Positions 1 to 10,464 of a stretch of 64,000 nt of DNA are shown in pieces (position 1 is the stretch's first letter; the number at the start of each line of letters is the position of its first letter). A program made the position numbers and the translations under genes. The notes beneath the pieces were generated by a model. The model was not told the origin of the DNA and did not search any database. It worked only from the letters and a program-made list of their open reading frames with translations. Source of the stretch: an uncultured Gemmatimonadales bacterium (lineage in GTDB: Bacteria; Gemmatimonadota; Gemmatimonadetes; Gemmatimonadales; GWC2-71-9); contig CAWJMT010000035.1 of assembly GCA_963844035.1 (NCBI GenBank), positions 128,001 through 192,000 on the forward strand, given 5' to 3'.

Positions 1-59
1 GGGCGGCGGCGAGCGGGAGAAGTCGTAGGCAACGCATTGGTCCGCTCCGGTGGTCCACG

Positions 60-669
60 TTACGGGTGATGGATGTAGGGGGACTGATCGAACGCCTGAT
101 CGATCCCAAGGTAGATTTCCGGGAGAGTGGTCACGTCGACCAGGCCGTTCAATCCGGCGAACCAGATCATCGGTGCCCGGTTGTTCGTCATCTGGCGACG
201 GTCGGTCATCCCGATCATCAACGTTCCCACCGTGTAGTCGTACGTATACCAATAGCCCGGGTAGCCGCAGCCATAGGCGGGATACCACCAGCCGTAGTAG
301 CCGCACCAGGTAGTCCCAGTAGTAGCCGTAGTAGGTGCTGCTGGTCGCGAGCGTGAGCACGTGCAGGTCCGCCACGGTGGGATCGAGCACCTCCGTGTAG
401 CCCGCGGCGGTCATGTTGGTCCGGATGCGATCCAGGATCTGCTGGTCGTAGATCCGCGACAGCTCGTCGTCCGAGCCGGGCGGGGTCAGATGAATGACCG
501 AGTCGGCCAGGGCGAACGTCGTGGCCGTTCCGAACGCGGCGGTCGTGTCGCGCAGAGTCGCCACCGCGTTGTAGCTGTTTTGGTCGAACTCTCCGGGATA
601 GCAGCCCAGGCCCGCGATCAAGGGCAGGGCCAGGGCCCAGCCTGCGATCCGTCTGGCGGCTCCGTACAT
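60..669 (-). CDS. DUF4136-like lipoprotein (frameshift ~309)
   Basis: Hand translation, not in ORF track: MYGAARRIAGWALALPLIAGLGC (lipobox), DQQILDRIRTNMTAAGY, Y/G/W-rich segment, YTVGTLMIGMTD...IDQAFDQSPY, TAA at 60-62. Confidence 0.7.
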
Positions 670-752
670 GGCGTTCGTCTCCCAAGGCTGTAAGTGTCGG
701 CACGTGCTGCGACCTGGAGGCGCAGGATAACGGGGCGACGACGCCGGCGGGT

Positions 753-770
753 ATTGTCCGTTAGGTCAAT
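753..770 (-). promoter_or_regulatory. 18-bp palindromic operator copy
   Basis: ATTGACCTAACGGACAAT on minus strand; TATCCT 23 nt downstream; upstream of gene starting at 669. Confidence 0.7.
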
Positions 771-817
771 GGTTCGTGCCGAAGGCCACGTTCACCGGTT
801 CGTGCCGAAGGCGACCT
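766..817. repeat. 26-bp tandem duplication of the 3' end of the FadL-like gene
   Basis: 766-791 vs 792-817, 22/26 identical; encode VAFGTNH* and VAFGTNR*. Confidence 0.8.
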
Positions 818-2196
818 TCACCGCCAGGAAGGCGGTGGCGCTCCTGTAGCTGATTTTTGCGGTGGGCGGGAGGCTCGGATCCAACGTGGGAGGGGTGCCG
901 GCGGGCGCGCGGGGCTCGCGGCTGCCGAACGCGAAGTCCGTACCGAGTACCAGGTCGGCATGTAACCATGAGAACGCGGCACCGGCGGTGACATGCGACA
1001 GGTCCCACTGCGACAGCGTCGAGTTGGCGGCCGAGTTCTCGGGGAGTGGCGTGTTGTCGGTGCGAAAGCTGCCGTAGGCGGCAAGCTTGGGGCCAAAGTG
1101 GTGTTCGATCCCCACGCCGTAGTTCACGACCGCGACGAACTCCTGGATGACATCGTTCGTCATCGTCTGGCCGGACGACTGGGCCGTGAACGGCTCGGTC
1201 GCGAGCACGTGGAACGCGGCCTCGCTCCCAAACCATTCTGCGGAGGCGTGCACGCGGGTCTGCCCGAACTTGTACGAGCCACCCACGCCGACCGACGGCG
1301 GCGTGTGGTACGCGGAGGCGACGTCGTCCTGGAAATCCGTGGCGACCTGGGTAATCGGGCTGGCCGCGATCCCCTGATCCACGACCGTGAAGTCCCGGCC
1401 CGCCCAGCCGCTGCCGAACACGCGGACGTTCGGTGTCGTGACGGTTAGCCCCAAGCTCCACGCGGGGAACTGGACCTCGAGGCCCAGCTTCCAGAGTAGC
1501 GCCCAATGGTCGTAGCTGAAATCGCGGCTCTGTATCGCGAGCGCGGCCTCGCCGCTCGTGTTAATTGCTTGCGCCGCGGTCCCAAAGAGTGCGCGATCAC
1601 TCCGCACGGCAGCGAACGTGGTAAACCCGAACGAGACGTGCTGGTTCAGGAGTCGCGCCACCGTGAGGCCGACCCACGTCTCGTTGAGGCTTTCCTCGCC
1701 GTGCAGGTCGGCCGAGGAGAACTGCAGGTCGGGCACGTTGAGCAGGCTGTCCAGGGGCAGCCCACGGGCTTGGATGCGGCCGTCGAACCGCAGCCGCGTG
1801 AGGACCGAATAGCCGAGCCGGGTCTTGGCAAACGAGAGGGGAATCTCGCCCGCGAACATGCCCGACAGGGCGTCGATGGAGGAGGACTTCAGGGTTCCCC
1901 CTACTCCCGCTCCGTTGTCGATGGACAGACTCGAATACTGGTATCCGCTCCCCGAGAGGATCACTTCGGTTTTTTCGAGCAACGCCAGCCCGGCCGGGTT
2001 GTAGAACACGGCGCTGATGTCCTGGCTCGAGCCGATGACGACGCCTCCCAGCAGCAGGGCCTGGGTGCCGTAGGTCGCATTCCAATATTGAACGTCCTGA
2101 GCGTGCAAGCTGCGTGGCGGCGCCAGCCCAGGCGACGATGGCGACGATGGCGGCGAAGATCCGCCCGGTCAGGACCCGCAAAGTGGTAGTAGGCAT
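792..2196 (-). CDS. FadL/OmpP1-like outer-membrane beta-barrel (frameshift ~2110)
   Basis: YGTQALLLGG...SAVFYNPAGLA N-terminal motif, amphipathic strands; signal peptide MPTTTLRVL...VAIVAWAG in adjacent frame from ATG 2196. Confidence 0.75.
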
Positions 2197-2230
2197 CGGC
2201 CTAAACTCCACCCACCCCCCCACGTCCACT

Positions 2231-2248
2231 ATTGGACCAAGGTGCACA
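2231..2248 (-). promoter_or_regulatory. 18-bp palindromic operator copy
   Basis: TGTGCACCTTGGTCCAAT on minus strand; GAGTTT 22 nt downstream; ATG 2196 follows after 6 nt. Confidence 0.75.
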
Positions 2249-2410
2249 CCCAACATCCCCGGGGGTTCCGGGCCCGCCGACTCTGATACCCGTTTGTGAC
2301 AAGCGTCACCCCTACCGAGAAGCCGGTTTTTGTGCTTGCTTGAACCCGGGATTCGGCACGCGCGGCCGTCACCGTTGACGGTCCCATCTACATGTGGTTA
2401 GGCGGGATGC

Positions 2411-3790
2411 ATGAGGGAAATCGCGTGGCTGGAGTTCGTCGGCCTGCTCGCGGTGCAGGCGTTGGTCATCACGATGTTGTTAGCGGAGCGCCGCAGCCGG
2501 CGGCGGGCGGAACGCGCCCTTCAGGATCGCATGGCGCTCGAGACCGTGGTTTCGAGCGTGCTGTCGGAGTTCGCCCACGGCGAGCCGCGAACACCTCTCC
2601 CGAAACTGTTGCACAGGCGCTACGGCACGTGGCCACCTACGTCCAGGCGGACCGCGTGAGCCTGATCCATTTCGCCGACCGGGGCCTGTCGAGTTCCGTG
2701 CAGCGCGCGGCCGGGAACGGCCACGTGGACAAGCGGATGTTGCCCGTGGCGACGCACGCCGCGGCGGAGTTCCCGGCGTCCACCAAGGTGCTGACCCGCG
2801 GGCAACCGGTGAGCTTTGCGAGCGTGCACGATCTGCCCCCCGACGCTCGCGCCCGATCGCGAGGCGTTCGAGCGCCTCGGCGTCGAAGCGCTGCTGGCGC
2901 TCCCCATCGGCAATGACGGCGCGGTGGTCGGTGCCCTGGTCGTCGGGACGATCGGGCACCGGCGCGAGTGGTCCGAGGACCTGATCCAGCGCATGCGCTT
3001 CATCGCCGATGTGTTTTCCGGGGTCATGGTGCGGCAGCGCGCCCTGATTGCCGCCCAACGGAGCGCCGAGGAAGTCGCGCACCTGTCGCGCACCCGCACC
3101 ATGGGAGAGTTTGCGGCGTCGCTCGCCCACGAGCTGAGCCAGCCGCTCGCGGCGATCCTCGCCAACGCCCAGGCCGCGCGCCGCTTTCTCACGGGGGGGC
3201 GCCGGCATCTCCCCGAAGTGCGCGCGATTCTCGAAGACATCGATGCGGATGATCAGCGGGCCGGCGAGATGATCCGCCGCATGCGGGCGCTGTTCAAGCG
3301 CCACGAGGTCGAGGTGACCTGCGTGGACCTGAACGACGTGGTCCGCGACGCCATCGCGCTGGTTCACAGCGAGGCGGTGCTGCGGCGGGTGACCCTGGTA
3401 CTGGACCTGGCGGAGGGCCTCGGCCCCGTGCGCGCGGATCGGATCCAGGTGCAGCAGGTCCTGTTGAACTTGATCCTGAATGGCTTCGAAGCTATGGCCG
3501 GGCCGGGGGTCCAGGGCGCGAGTCGCCGCCTGATGCTGCGCACGAGCGCCGGCACCGATGGATTCGCTGACCTCGGCGTCCGGGATTCGGGCCCCGGGAT
3601 CCCGCCCGAGCACCTCGACCGGCTGTTCGGGTCGTATTTCACCACCAAGCGTGACGGACTGGGGATGGGGCTGTCGATCTCCCACGCCATCGCGCAGGGT
3701 CACGGCGGCCGCCTCTGGGCGACCAACAACTCCGATAGCGGGGCGACCTTCCACCTGGCCCTGCCACTTTTTTCGAGGACGTCGCAATGA
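2411..3790 (+). CDS. FixL/NodV-type sensor histidine kinase (TM-GAF-HisKA-HATPase; frameshifts ~2600, ~2850)
   Basis: H-box ASLAHELSQPL, N-box QQVLLNLILNG, DSGPGI, TTKRDGLGMGLSIS. Confidence 0.9.
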
Positions 3791-4422
3791 GCCCTGTTCC
3801 ACGGACGGTCTTCGTCGTGGACGATGACCCGTCGGTTCGCAAGTCGCTGGCCCGATTGCTGACCTCCGCCGGGCACCGCGCGGACACATTCGCATCGGCG
3901 GCGGAGTTCCTGCGGCGCAAACCCCGACCGGCGGGTGCCGCCTGCCTGATTCTCGACCTGCGCATGCCGGACGTGGACGGCCTGGAGCTACAGGCCGCGC
4001 TGCGCGATTCCGGCCCCACGCTGCCGATCATCTTCGCGACCGGCCACGGGGACGTGCCTGACAGCGTCCGGGCGATGAAGCTGGGCGCCGTGGACTTCCT
4101 CACCAAGCCGGTGGACGAGACCCAGCTGCTCACCGCCGTCAACAAGGCGCTGGCGCTGGATGAGGCGCGCGCTCAGGCCGAGGCCGCCCGGACGGCACTC
4201 GCCCGGCGCCAGGGACGCCTGACCCCGCGGGAGCGCCAGGTGTTCTCGCTGGTGGTGACGGGGATGTTGAACAAGCAGATCGCGTGGCGTCTGGGAGCCA
4301 GCGAACGCACCATCAAGGCCCATCGGGCGCGCGTCATGCAGAAAATGCAAGCCGATTCCGTGGCCGCGCTGGTGCGAATGGCCGACCGGCTCGACACCCA
4401 AGCGACCGGAACTGCCCATTGA
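3787..4422 (+). CDS. FixJ/NodW-family response regulator (REC + LuxR HTH)
   Basis: VFVVDDD, LILDLRMP, DFLTKP, LTPRERQV...GMLNKQIA...SERTIKAHRARVMQKM. Confidence 0.95.
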   Translation: MSPVPRTVFVVDDDPSVRKSLARLLTSAGHRADTFASAAEFLRRKPRPAGAACLILDLRMPDVDGLELQAALRDSGPTLPIIFATGHGDVPDSVRAMKLGAVDFLTKPVDETQLLTAVNKALALDEARAQAEAARTALARRQGRLTPRERQVFSLVVTGMLNKQIAWRLGASERTIKAHRARVMQKMQADSVAALVRMADRLDTQATGTAH

Positions 4423-4435
4423 CCTAAGGTCGCAT
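4418..4435 (+). promoter_or_regulatory. 18-bp palindromic operator copy overlapping regulator stop codon
   Basis: ATTGACCTAAGGTCGCAT; upstream of receiver gene GTG 4471. Confidence 0.7.
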
Positions 4436-4470
4436 GTCGTAGCGCAACACGGTGGGTTCAATTGGTATGT

Positions 4471-4887
4471 GTGGAGCCCATCCTTCGGAACAACCCGGAG
4501 TCCTCGCCCCAGGGGTCGGCGCGACCACTGATCGGCGTCGTTGACGACGATCCGTCGGTCTTGAAAGCGCTCGGTCGCCTGATTCGTTCCGCCGGATTCG
4601 AAACCGTCACGTTCTGCTCGGGCGAAGATTTTCTGGCGCGGTTCCAGCAACGCGCGTTCGCGTGCATCGTCCTCGACATTCACCTGGGCGGGATGAGCGG
4701 GCTCGATCTCCAGGCCTACCTCGCCGACGCGGGGATCCGACTGCCGATCGTGTTCATCACGGCGCACGACGACCTCGTCACGCGCGAGGGGCTCGAGTCG
4801 TCGGGCCAACGGTACTTGCGCAAGCCCGTGGATGAGAGCGGGCTGCTCGGCGCGATCAACGAGCTGTTGAGCCTCTCCAAGTCGTAG
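4471..4887 (+). CDS. stand-alone receiver-domain response regulator
   Basis: IGVVDDD, IVLDIHL, VFITAH, YLRKP; no output domain. Confidence 0.9.
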   Translation: MEPILRNNPESSPQGSARPLIGVVDDDPSVLKALGRLIRSAGFETVTFCSGEDFLARFQQRAFACIVLDIHLGGMSGLDLQAYLADAGIRLPIVFITAHDDLVTREGLESSGQRYLRKPVDESGLLGAINELLSLSKS

Positions 4888-4900
4888 CCCGGAAAGAACA

Positions 4901-4932
4901 GAGGCCGCAGCCGCCCTGGCGGCTGCGGCCTC
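4901..4932 (-). terminator. intrinsic terminator hairpin between convergent genes
   Basis: GAGGCCGCAGCCGCC-CT-GGCGGCTGCGGCCTC; TGTTCTTTC tail on minus strand. Confidence 0.75.
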
Positions 4933-4954
4933 GGCCGCTCGAAAACCCCGCTGG

Positions 4955-5616
4955 CTAGAAGCGGAAGCCCAGCCCCGCCGTCACCTCGCCGCTGTAGTAG
5001 ATCGACGACGCGTAGGTATAGCAGTAGCCGTAGAAGTCGCAGTAGTTGTAGATCCCCGTCGTGCGGTTCGTGTCCACGCCGCGGTAGCGCGCGTCGATGC
5101 GGAACAGCGCCGACCGGCCCATGTAGGCCTTCAGGCCAATGCCGATGTTCCACGCGAAGAACGTGTTGCCGATCGCGGTCGGACTGGGGAATGTCAGGCG
5201 AGATCGTCGTCCACCCCGCGCCCAGCGTGAAGAACCCCGATCCCTGGTTGCCCTTCGGCTGGGAGAACAGGAGGTTGAAGTCAAACTGATCCAGGGTCAC
5301 GCTTCCGCCCTGGAACGCCGGGACCAGCGATGGGGTTGGAGGCACTCGCGTCCGACACGGCGCGCGCGTAGCTGAACTCGAGCCCGATATGGCGATTGGG
5401 GTCGAACCCGATGCGCCCGCCGAGCGTCCAGGAGTCCGCCAGGTGGATCTTGTTGACCGAGTTGGTCGAGGTGTACAGGTCGGATGCGAAATACCCGCCG
5501 CCGAGGACGGAGATGTCGAACCGCGTGGGCCGCTGCGCGGCGGCCGGATCGGCCGCGCCGAAGACGCCGAGGCCGAAGACGAGCACCATCGCTGAGCTGA
5601 CGTTGAACTTTGGCAC
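4955..5616 (-). CDS. OmpA-like outer-membrane beta-barrel (frameshifts ~5300, ~5190)
   Basis: GGAGG RBS before GTG 5616, signal peptide, GGRIGF...GLEFSY, C-terminal TAGLGFRF. Confidence 0.75.
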
Positions 5617-5745
5617 GATCCCTCCAAGGGGCGTTGAGAAGCGTGGTATTGGTAGATAATTCCGCCCCACGGGCGGGGTCAACAAGTTGTACCTTCGTGC
5701 TACCCGGTTACCCAGCAAGATAGCGGGTGTTCGCCGTCCGTCCGT

Positions 5746-5763
5746 ACTGCCCCAAGGTCCAAT
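5746..5763 (+). promoter_or_regulatory. 18-bp palindromic operator copy
   Basis: ACTGCCCCAAGGTCCAAT; TATCGT 21 nt downstream; ATG 5799 follows after 8 nt. Confidence 0.75.
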
Positions 5764-5798
5764 ACACAGTGCCGGGCGCCGGCGTATCGTTGCCTGCC

Positions 5799-7255
5799 AT
5801 GCGCTCCCATCGAGTCGCCGTGACGGTTCGGACCGTCGTGCTCATCCTCGCGACCGCGCTACTCGCGGGCGGGACGCTGGGCGCACAGGGCAAGCCGGCC
5901 GCCAAGCCAGCCGCAAAACAGGCGGCAAAGCCGGCCGCATTGCCCTGTCCCGACTGCAACCCCCCCAAGCAGTTTTGGTTCGGGTTCGGTGAGCTGATGA
6001 TCGCGCAGCTGGTCCCCCTGTCGATCAACAATATCCTGCGCGACGCGGAGTGGGCCAAGATCACCCCCAAGACGTGGGCGACCAACCTCGAAAACCCCTG
6101 GCAGTGGGACAACAACAAGTTCCTGAACAACCAGTTCTCGCATCCGTACCACGGGAACCTGTACTACAACTCCGGGCGCTCCAACGGCTACAACTTCTGG
6201 GAGTCGAGCCTGTGGGCGTTCGGCGGCAGTCTGATGTGGGAGGAGTTCGGCGAGGCGTGGGCGCCCTCTCCCAACGACTGGTTCAACACGAGCCTCGGGG
6301 GCATCACGCTGGGGGAGATGCTGCACCGCTTGAGCACCCTGACGCTCGACAATACGGCGACCGGCAGTGAACGCATGTTTCGGGAGATCGGCGCCCTGCT
6401 GCTCAACCCCGCCGATCGGGTTCAAGCGGCTGGTGGGGGGGCAAATGAACGACATCACCGCGAACCCTCCGGACTGGCGGCCGAGCACGCTGTGGGGAGC
6501 GATCGACGTCGGCTACCAGAACCTGTCGGGATCGGACACGCAGAAGGATACCGCCGGGAGCTCGCGCAACCAGGCGGTATTCGCCTTGAGGGTCGACTAC
6601 GGCGACGCAATTCAGGACATCGCGAAGGCCCCGTTCTCCTCGTTCCACCTCGAGGCGGACCTGAACAGCAACGCGGCCCCCAAGCGGCGCCTGTCCAACC
6701 TCCGGGCGGTCGGCAGCCTGGCCGCGAAGCCGCTGTCCAAGTCCGATGGCGCGGTCCACCAGCTTGCCGCGTATATGACGTACGAGTACATCAGCTTGCC
6801 CGGGCTCGAGTTCGGCGGCCAGGGATTTCTCGGTGGTGTCGTATCGCAGTTCGGGGCTCGCAAGGGATTTCGCCTCGAGACCGAGCTGCTCGCCGACTTC
6901 ATGCCGATCACCGCACTCCAGTCGGACTATTTCGTGACCGAGGAAGGTCGCGACTATGACTACGGCGTCGGGTTCGGGGGGATCGGGGCGGTGCGGGCGT
7001 ATTGGGGCAGGCGCGCTTCGCTGATCGCGCGCGGCCGTTATCTGTGGATGCCGGTCCTCTCCGGGTTCAACGGCGACCACAAGCAAGGATCGGCCACGTT
7101 TCAAGGCCGCCTGTACCTGGCGCGAGGCTTCGGTGCGACCGCGACGCTCACGCTGTACAACCGCTCCAGCACCTACGATCAGCATCAGCCGCGTCTCGGC
7201 GGACGGAACGCTGTTCCGCATCGCCGGGAGCTATTCGTTCGGGGGGGGCCGATGA
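5799..7255 (+). CDS. DUF3943-domain outer-membrane protein (frameshifts ~6415, ~7195)
   Basis: WQWDNNKFLNNQFSHPYHGNLYYNSGRSNGYNFWES...GSLMWE...PSPND, then barrel-like strands with YDYGVG. Confidence 0.8.
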
Positions 7256-7665
7256 AGCGCGCCACGCTGCTCGCCGCCGTGACGGTGCTGGCCCTGAGTG
7301 CGGCCGGCTGCATGGACACGATCATCAAGCAGATGGGCGCCGAGAACAATCCGGTGGTCACGGTCCTGCCCGACTCGTTCCGTTACCAGGCGGACAACAT
7401 GGACAACGTGCACGACGAGATGCAGTGGACGTGGGTCAATACGGGGACCCAGGCGGTCGTGCACCATCACAGCTTCGTGCACCACGGCGTGGTCCAGGTG
7501 ACCATTCTCGACGCCGAGGGGGATTCCGTGTATCGCAGAATTCCCGTCGAGTACGAGCTGGACGTCCCGACCGAGGTCGGTGTGGCGGGGAACTGGACCG
7601 TCCATCTGCAGTTCTTCGGCGCCAAGGGACGGGTCGACGTCGCGATCGCACGCCAGACCCCGTAA
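7252..7665 (+). CDS. hypothetical lipoprotein
   Basis: MKRATLLAAVTVLALSAAGC lipobox; ATGA overlap with upstream stop. Confidence 0.7.
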   Translation: MKRATLLAAVTVLALSAAGCMDTIIKQMGAENNPVVTVLPDSFRYQADNMDNVHDEMQWTWVNTGTQAVVHHHSFVHHGVVQVTILDAEGDSVYRRIPVEYELDVPTEVGVAGNWTVHLQFFGAKGRVDVAIARQTP

Positions 7666-7673
7666 GCCTGGCC

Positions 7674-7691
7674 TTACTGCTAAGGTCTCAT
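7674..7691 (+). promoter_or_regulatory. weak operator copy upstream of a gene-free hairpin
   Basis: TTACTGCTAAGGTCTCAT then GGCAC; TAGACT at 7716-7721. Confidence 0.4.
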
Positions 7692-7740
7692 GGCACTTTT
7701 TCTGGGGGCGCGGGGTAGACTTTTGGAAGTAGACGGTTGA

Positions 7741-7825
7741 GAGGCCGGCGGCACTCACGAAGCCCGCACCTGGCCCGTGACGTGACCTCCTTAGATGTTC
7801 TGCTTGGTGGCTGCCGCCGGTCCTC
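7741..7825 (+). ncRNA. candidate small RNA hairpin with anti-SD loop
   Basis: 7741-7763 pairs imperfectly with 7802-7825; loop holds ACCTCCTTA (7785-7793); no known family recognised. Confidence 0.35.
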
Positions 7826-7843
7826 GCCCCATCCTCGCCCGCG

Positions 7844-9983
7844 TTACTTGTCTTTTGAGCTCCCGGTCGTCGCGGTATCCAGGCCGTTCAGCGTGCGCAC
7901 CACCTTCATTACATCCGCGACATCGTAGAAATCCACCAACAGGACGTTCGGCAGGTGATGGCGCTCCGCCGCGCACTCGCGCGCGCGCGCCAGGAGGAAG
8001 GGGTACGCGTTCACGCTGTCCGCGATGGTGGGACGGGGCGCGGGCGTGGTCTCGATCCAGTGGTTGATCTGGAACATCGCGCCTGCCGTGCCACCGCGGT
8101 TCGGGCGGCAGGAAAAGTCTTTGGGCCGGTGGAAGCTGTAGGGAGTCTCCTGAAACGTCGCGAAAAACGGGTGGAGCCAAACGGCGCCCGGCCGTCCCGA
8201 TTCCGTGAACACGACCAGGCGCTGGTCCCACTCGATCAGCCGGCGCAGGGTGGGCATGGGCTGGCTCACGGTGCCCACGTAGACGTAGCGTAGCAGCCCC
8301 GCGTCCACGAACACGCGCTCCAGGTCTTCAGGGGTCACGTAGTCCTCGACCACCAGCACGACGACCTCCCCGGTGTTCTCGAGCAGAAAGTCGCGTATGC
8401 CCTCGAGTGCCGGCACTACGGGATAGGCGCCGATCTCGCAGAAGCCGTGGCAGAAGTAGATCCCGCTCTCGCCCTTCGCCTTGACCGATCAGCCGTCCGC
8501 GAATCCGTAGCGCCGCCGCGGTGGCCTCCGGCCCGAGCGCCTGCTCGATTTTCGCCTGGGAGGTGTGCTCGCGATCGAAATCGGTCAACACCCGGTCTTC
8601 CGCGGGAATGCCGTAGTGCACATCGATCGCCAAGGCGCGAATGCCGTCGGCGAGCTGGCGGGGGAATGCGTAGTGATGGTGCGGGAACATCCAGCCGGGA
8701 ATTTCGGCGTTGGACATCGCGTTGTGCGCGCCCGCGAAGACCACCTGGTCGAGCCGGCGGTCGCACAGTGCGGCCGAGCCGTTGCACACCGTCGCCACCC
8801 CCGTCGCCTCGGGAGGAGGCTCGGGGCTTCGCAGGACGAGCAGGGCCCCACCTCCCAACACGGCCAGCACGACCGCGCCGGTCACCGCCATGATGGGCCA
8901 CGCCCGCGTGCGCCGCGGCAGCGCTGCCCCCAGCCCGGCGGGTTGGACGGCGGGGAGGACGAGCCTGAACACTTCGCGCACGCCGAAAAACACCAGCAAC
9001 AACCCCCCGACCGCGACGCCCAGGGCTGCGGCGTGCGCCGGCGCGACGAGGCCGTACGCTCCCGCGCCGAGGAGCAGGACGGCGCGGCTGATCCGGCGGC
9101 CGGAGCGCTCGGGAACGGCGAGCCAGTTCCAGAACGCCTGGGCCCGCGCGAGCGGGCGCATCTCTTCCAGCAGCGTGGAGCCGGCGGCGACGAGCACGAC
9201 GCCGGTGGCCGCGAACATGACGGCGACGGGTTTCACGGCGCCGAAATAGGCGAGCCACAGCCCGTGCAGCACGCCGCGCGCCGCGCTGTCCCCGGTGAGT
9301 GCGGCGGCCACGATGCGACCCGCGGGGAGGATGGCCAGGAGCGCGATTCCGACGGCGAGCAGCGCGCCGCCGGCCTGCACGAGCGCGCGGGCACGATCGG
9401 GCGCGACCCGGATCGCCGCGACGAGCAGCACAAGGCCGATCCCGAATACGGCCCACGCGCCCCACAGTACGCGCTCGGCGACGCGCCAGAGGGTGACGAA
9501 GCGGGCGAACGCACGCTCCGCCCGGGGCGATGCCAGGTTGGTCTCGATGCCCGGTGGGAGCTTGGCGGCGAGCGCGGGGCTCGCCTGCGCCAGCGCGCCC
9601 CGGACGAGCACCGACACATCGGGGAGCGAGAGCACGACCGTCCCGCCGCCCGCCTCGAACAGCGAATAGTGCAGCGCCCGTGCCGCGCGACGCACCAACG
9701 CGCGAAACGGCGCCGTGACCACGACGCCACGCACCCCCGACTCAATGATCGGGCGCACGCTCACCAGGTTGGGCCGCTGAGCCACAATGCCGTCCGTGAT
9801 ACGGCCGGCGACATACCCGGCGACGCGTTCGTCTTCGAGCGTGGCGGCGAGACGACGCGAGAACACGTCGGGGTTGAGGACGCCGCGCTCGGTGCCGATC
9901 ACGAGGATTGCCGTCCACAGGAGGACCGCCCCCACGGTGATGAGCACGATGGTGGTCGTTGTGGAGCGAGCGCCGGTGGTCAT
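7844..9983 (-). CDS. multi-pass membrane protein with C-terminal PI-PLC X-like phosphodiesterase domain (frameshift ~8470)
   Basis: CNGSAALCDRRLDQVVFAGAHNAMSN, QLADGIRALAIDVH, FLLENTGEVVVLVVEDY, LPNVLLVDFY. Confidence 0.75.
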
Positions 9984-10035
9984 GGTGATTCCTTATGTGA
10001 GTCGCACGAATAGAGCGCCCGGTGCACGGTGGGGC

Positions 10036-10053
10036 ATTGACCCAAAGGTCAAT
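10036..10053. promoter_or_regulatory. 18-bp palindromic operator copy (perfect 7-bp arms)
   Basis: ATTGACC-CAAA-GGTCAAT upstream of minus-strand gene starting at 9983. Confidence 0.8.
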
Positions 10054-10062
10054 AGATCGAGA

Positions 10063-10464
10063 CTAGCGCGTGGGGCGTATCGCTCGCTCGATGGCGGCGA
10101 GCAGGTCGTCGGCGCCGATCGGCTTGCGCAGCAGGGCGGCGACGCCGACGGCGAAGTACCGCGTATGCACCTCCGGGGCGTCGTCGCCGGTATACACGAG
10201 GGTCGGGACGTGCACGCCACGATCGGTGAGGTGCTGATGCACCTCGAGCCCGGTCATCTCGGGCATTTGCGCGTCGAGCAACAGGCAGTCCGGACGTGGT
10301 GCGCCCGGCGCGAGCGATTCGAGGAATGCCCGCCCCGATTCATAGACGGCGGGTGCAAGTCCGAGGGCCTGGCAGAGGCGGCCCAGGCCGACGCGAACCG
10401 ACAGCTCGTCATCGACAATCGCAATCGCAATCGGGCGGCGGGAGCTGCCTTGTTCCCGGCTCAT
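10063..10464 (-). CDS. stand-alone receiver-domain response regulator
   Basis: IAIVDDE, LLLDAQMP, VYTG, LLRKP. Confidence 0.9.
   Translation of the reverse strand: MSREQGSSRRPIAIAIVDDELSVRVGLGRLCQALGLAPAVYESGRAFLESLAPGAPRPDCLLLDAQMPEMTGLEVHQHLTDRGVHVPTLVYTGDDAPEVHTRYFAVGVAALLRKPIGADDLLAAIERAIRPTR

Noticed and set aside
3787..4422. Naming the system fixLJ or nodVW
   Set aside because: Family resemblance only; no recognisable heme-PAS signature and no nif/fix/nod targets in the window.
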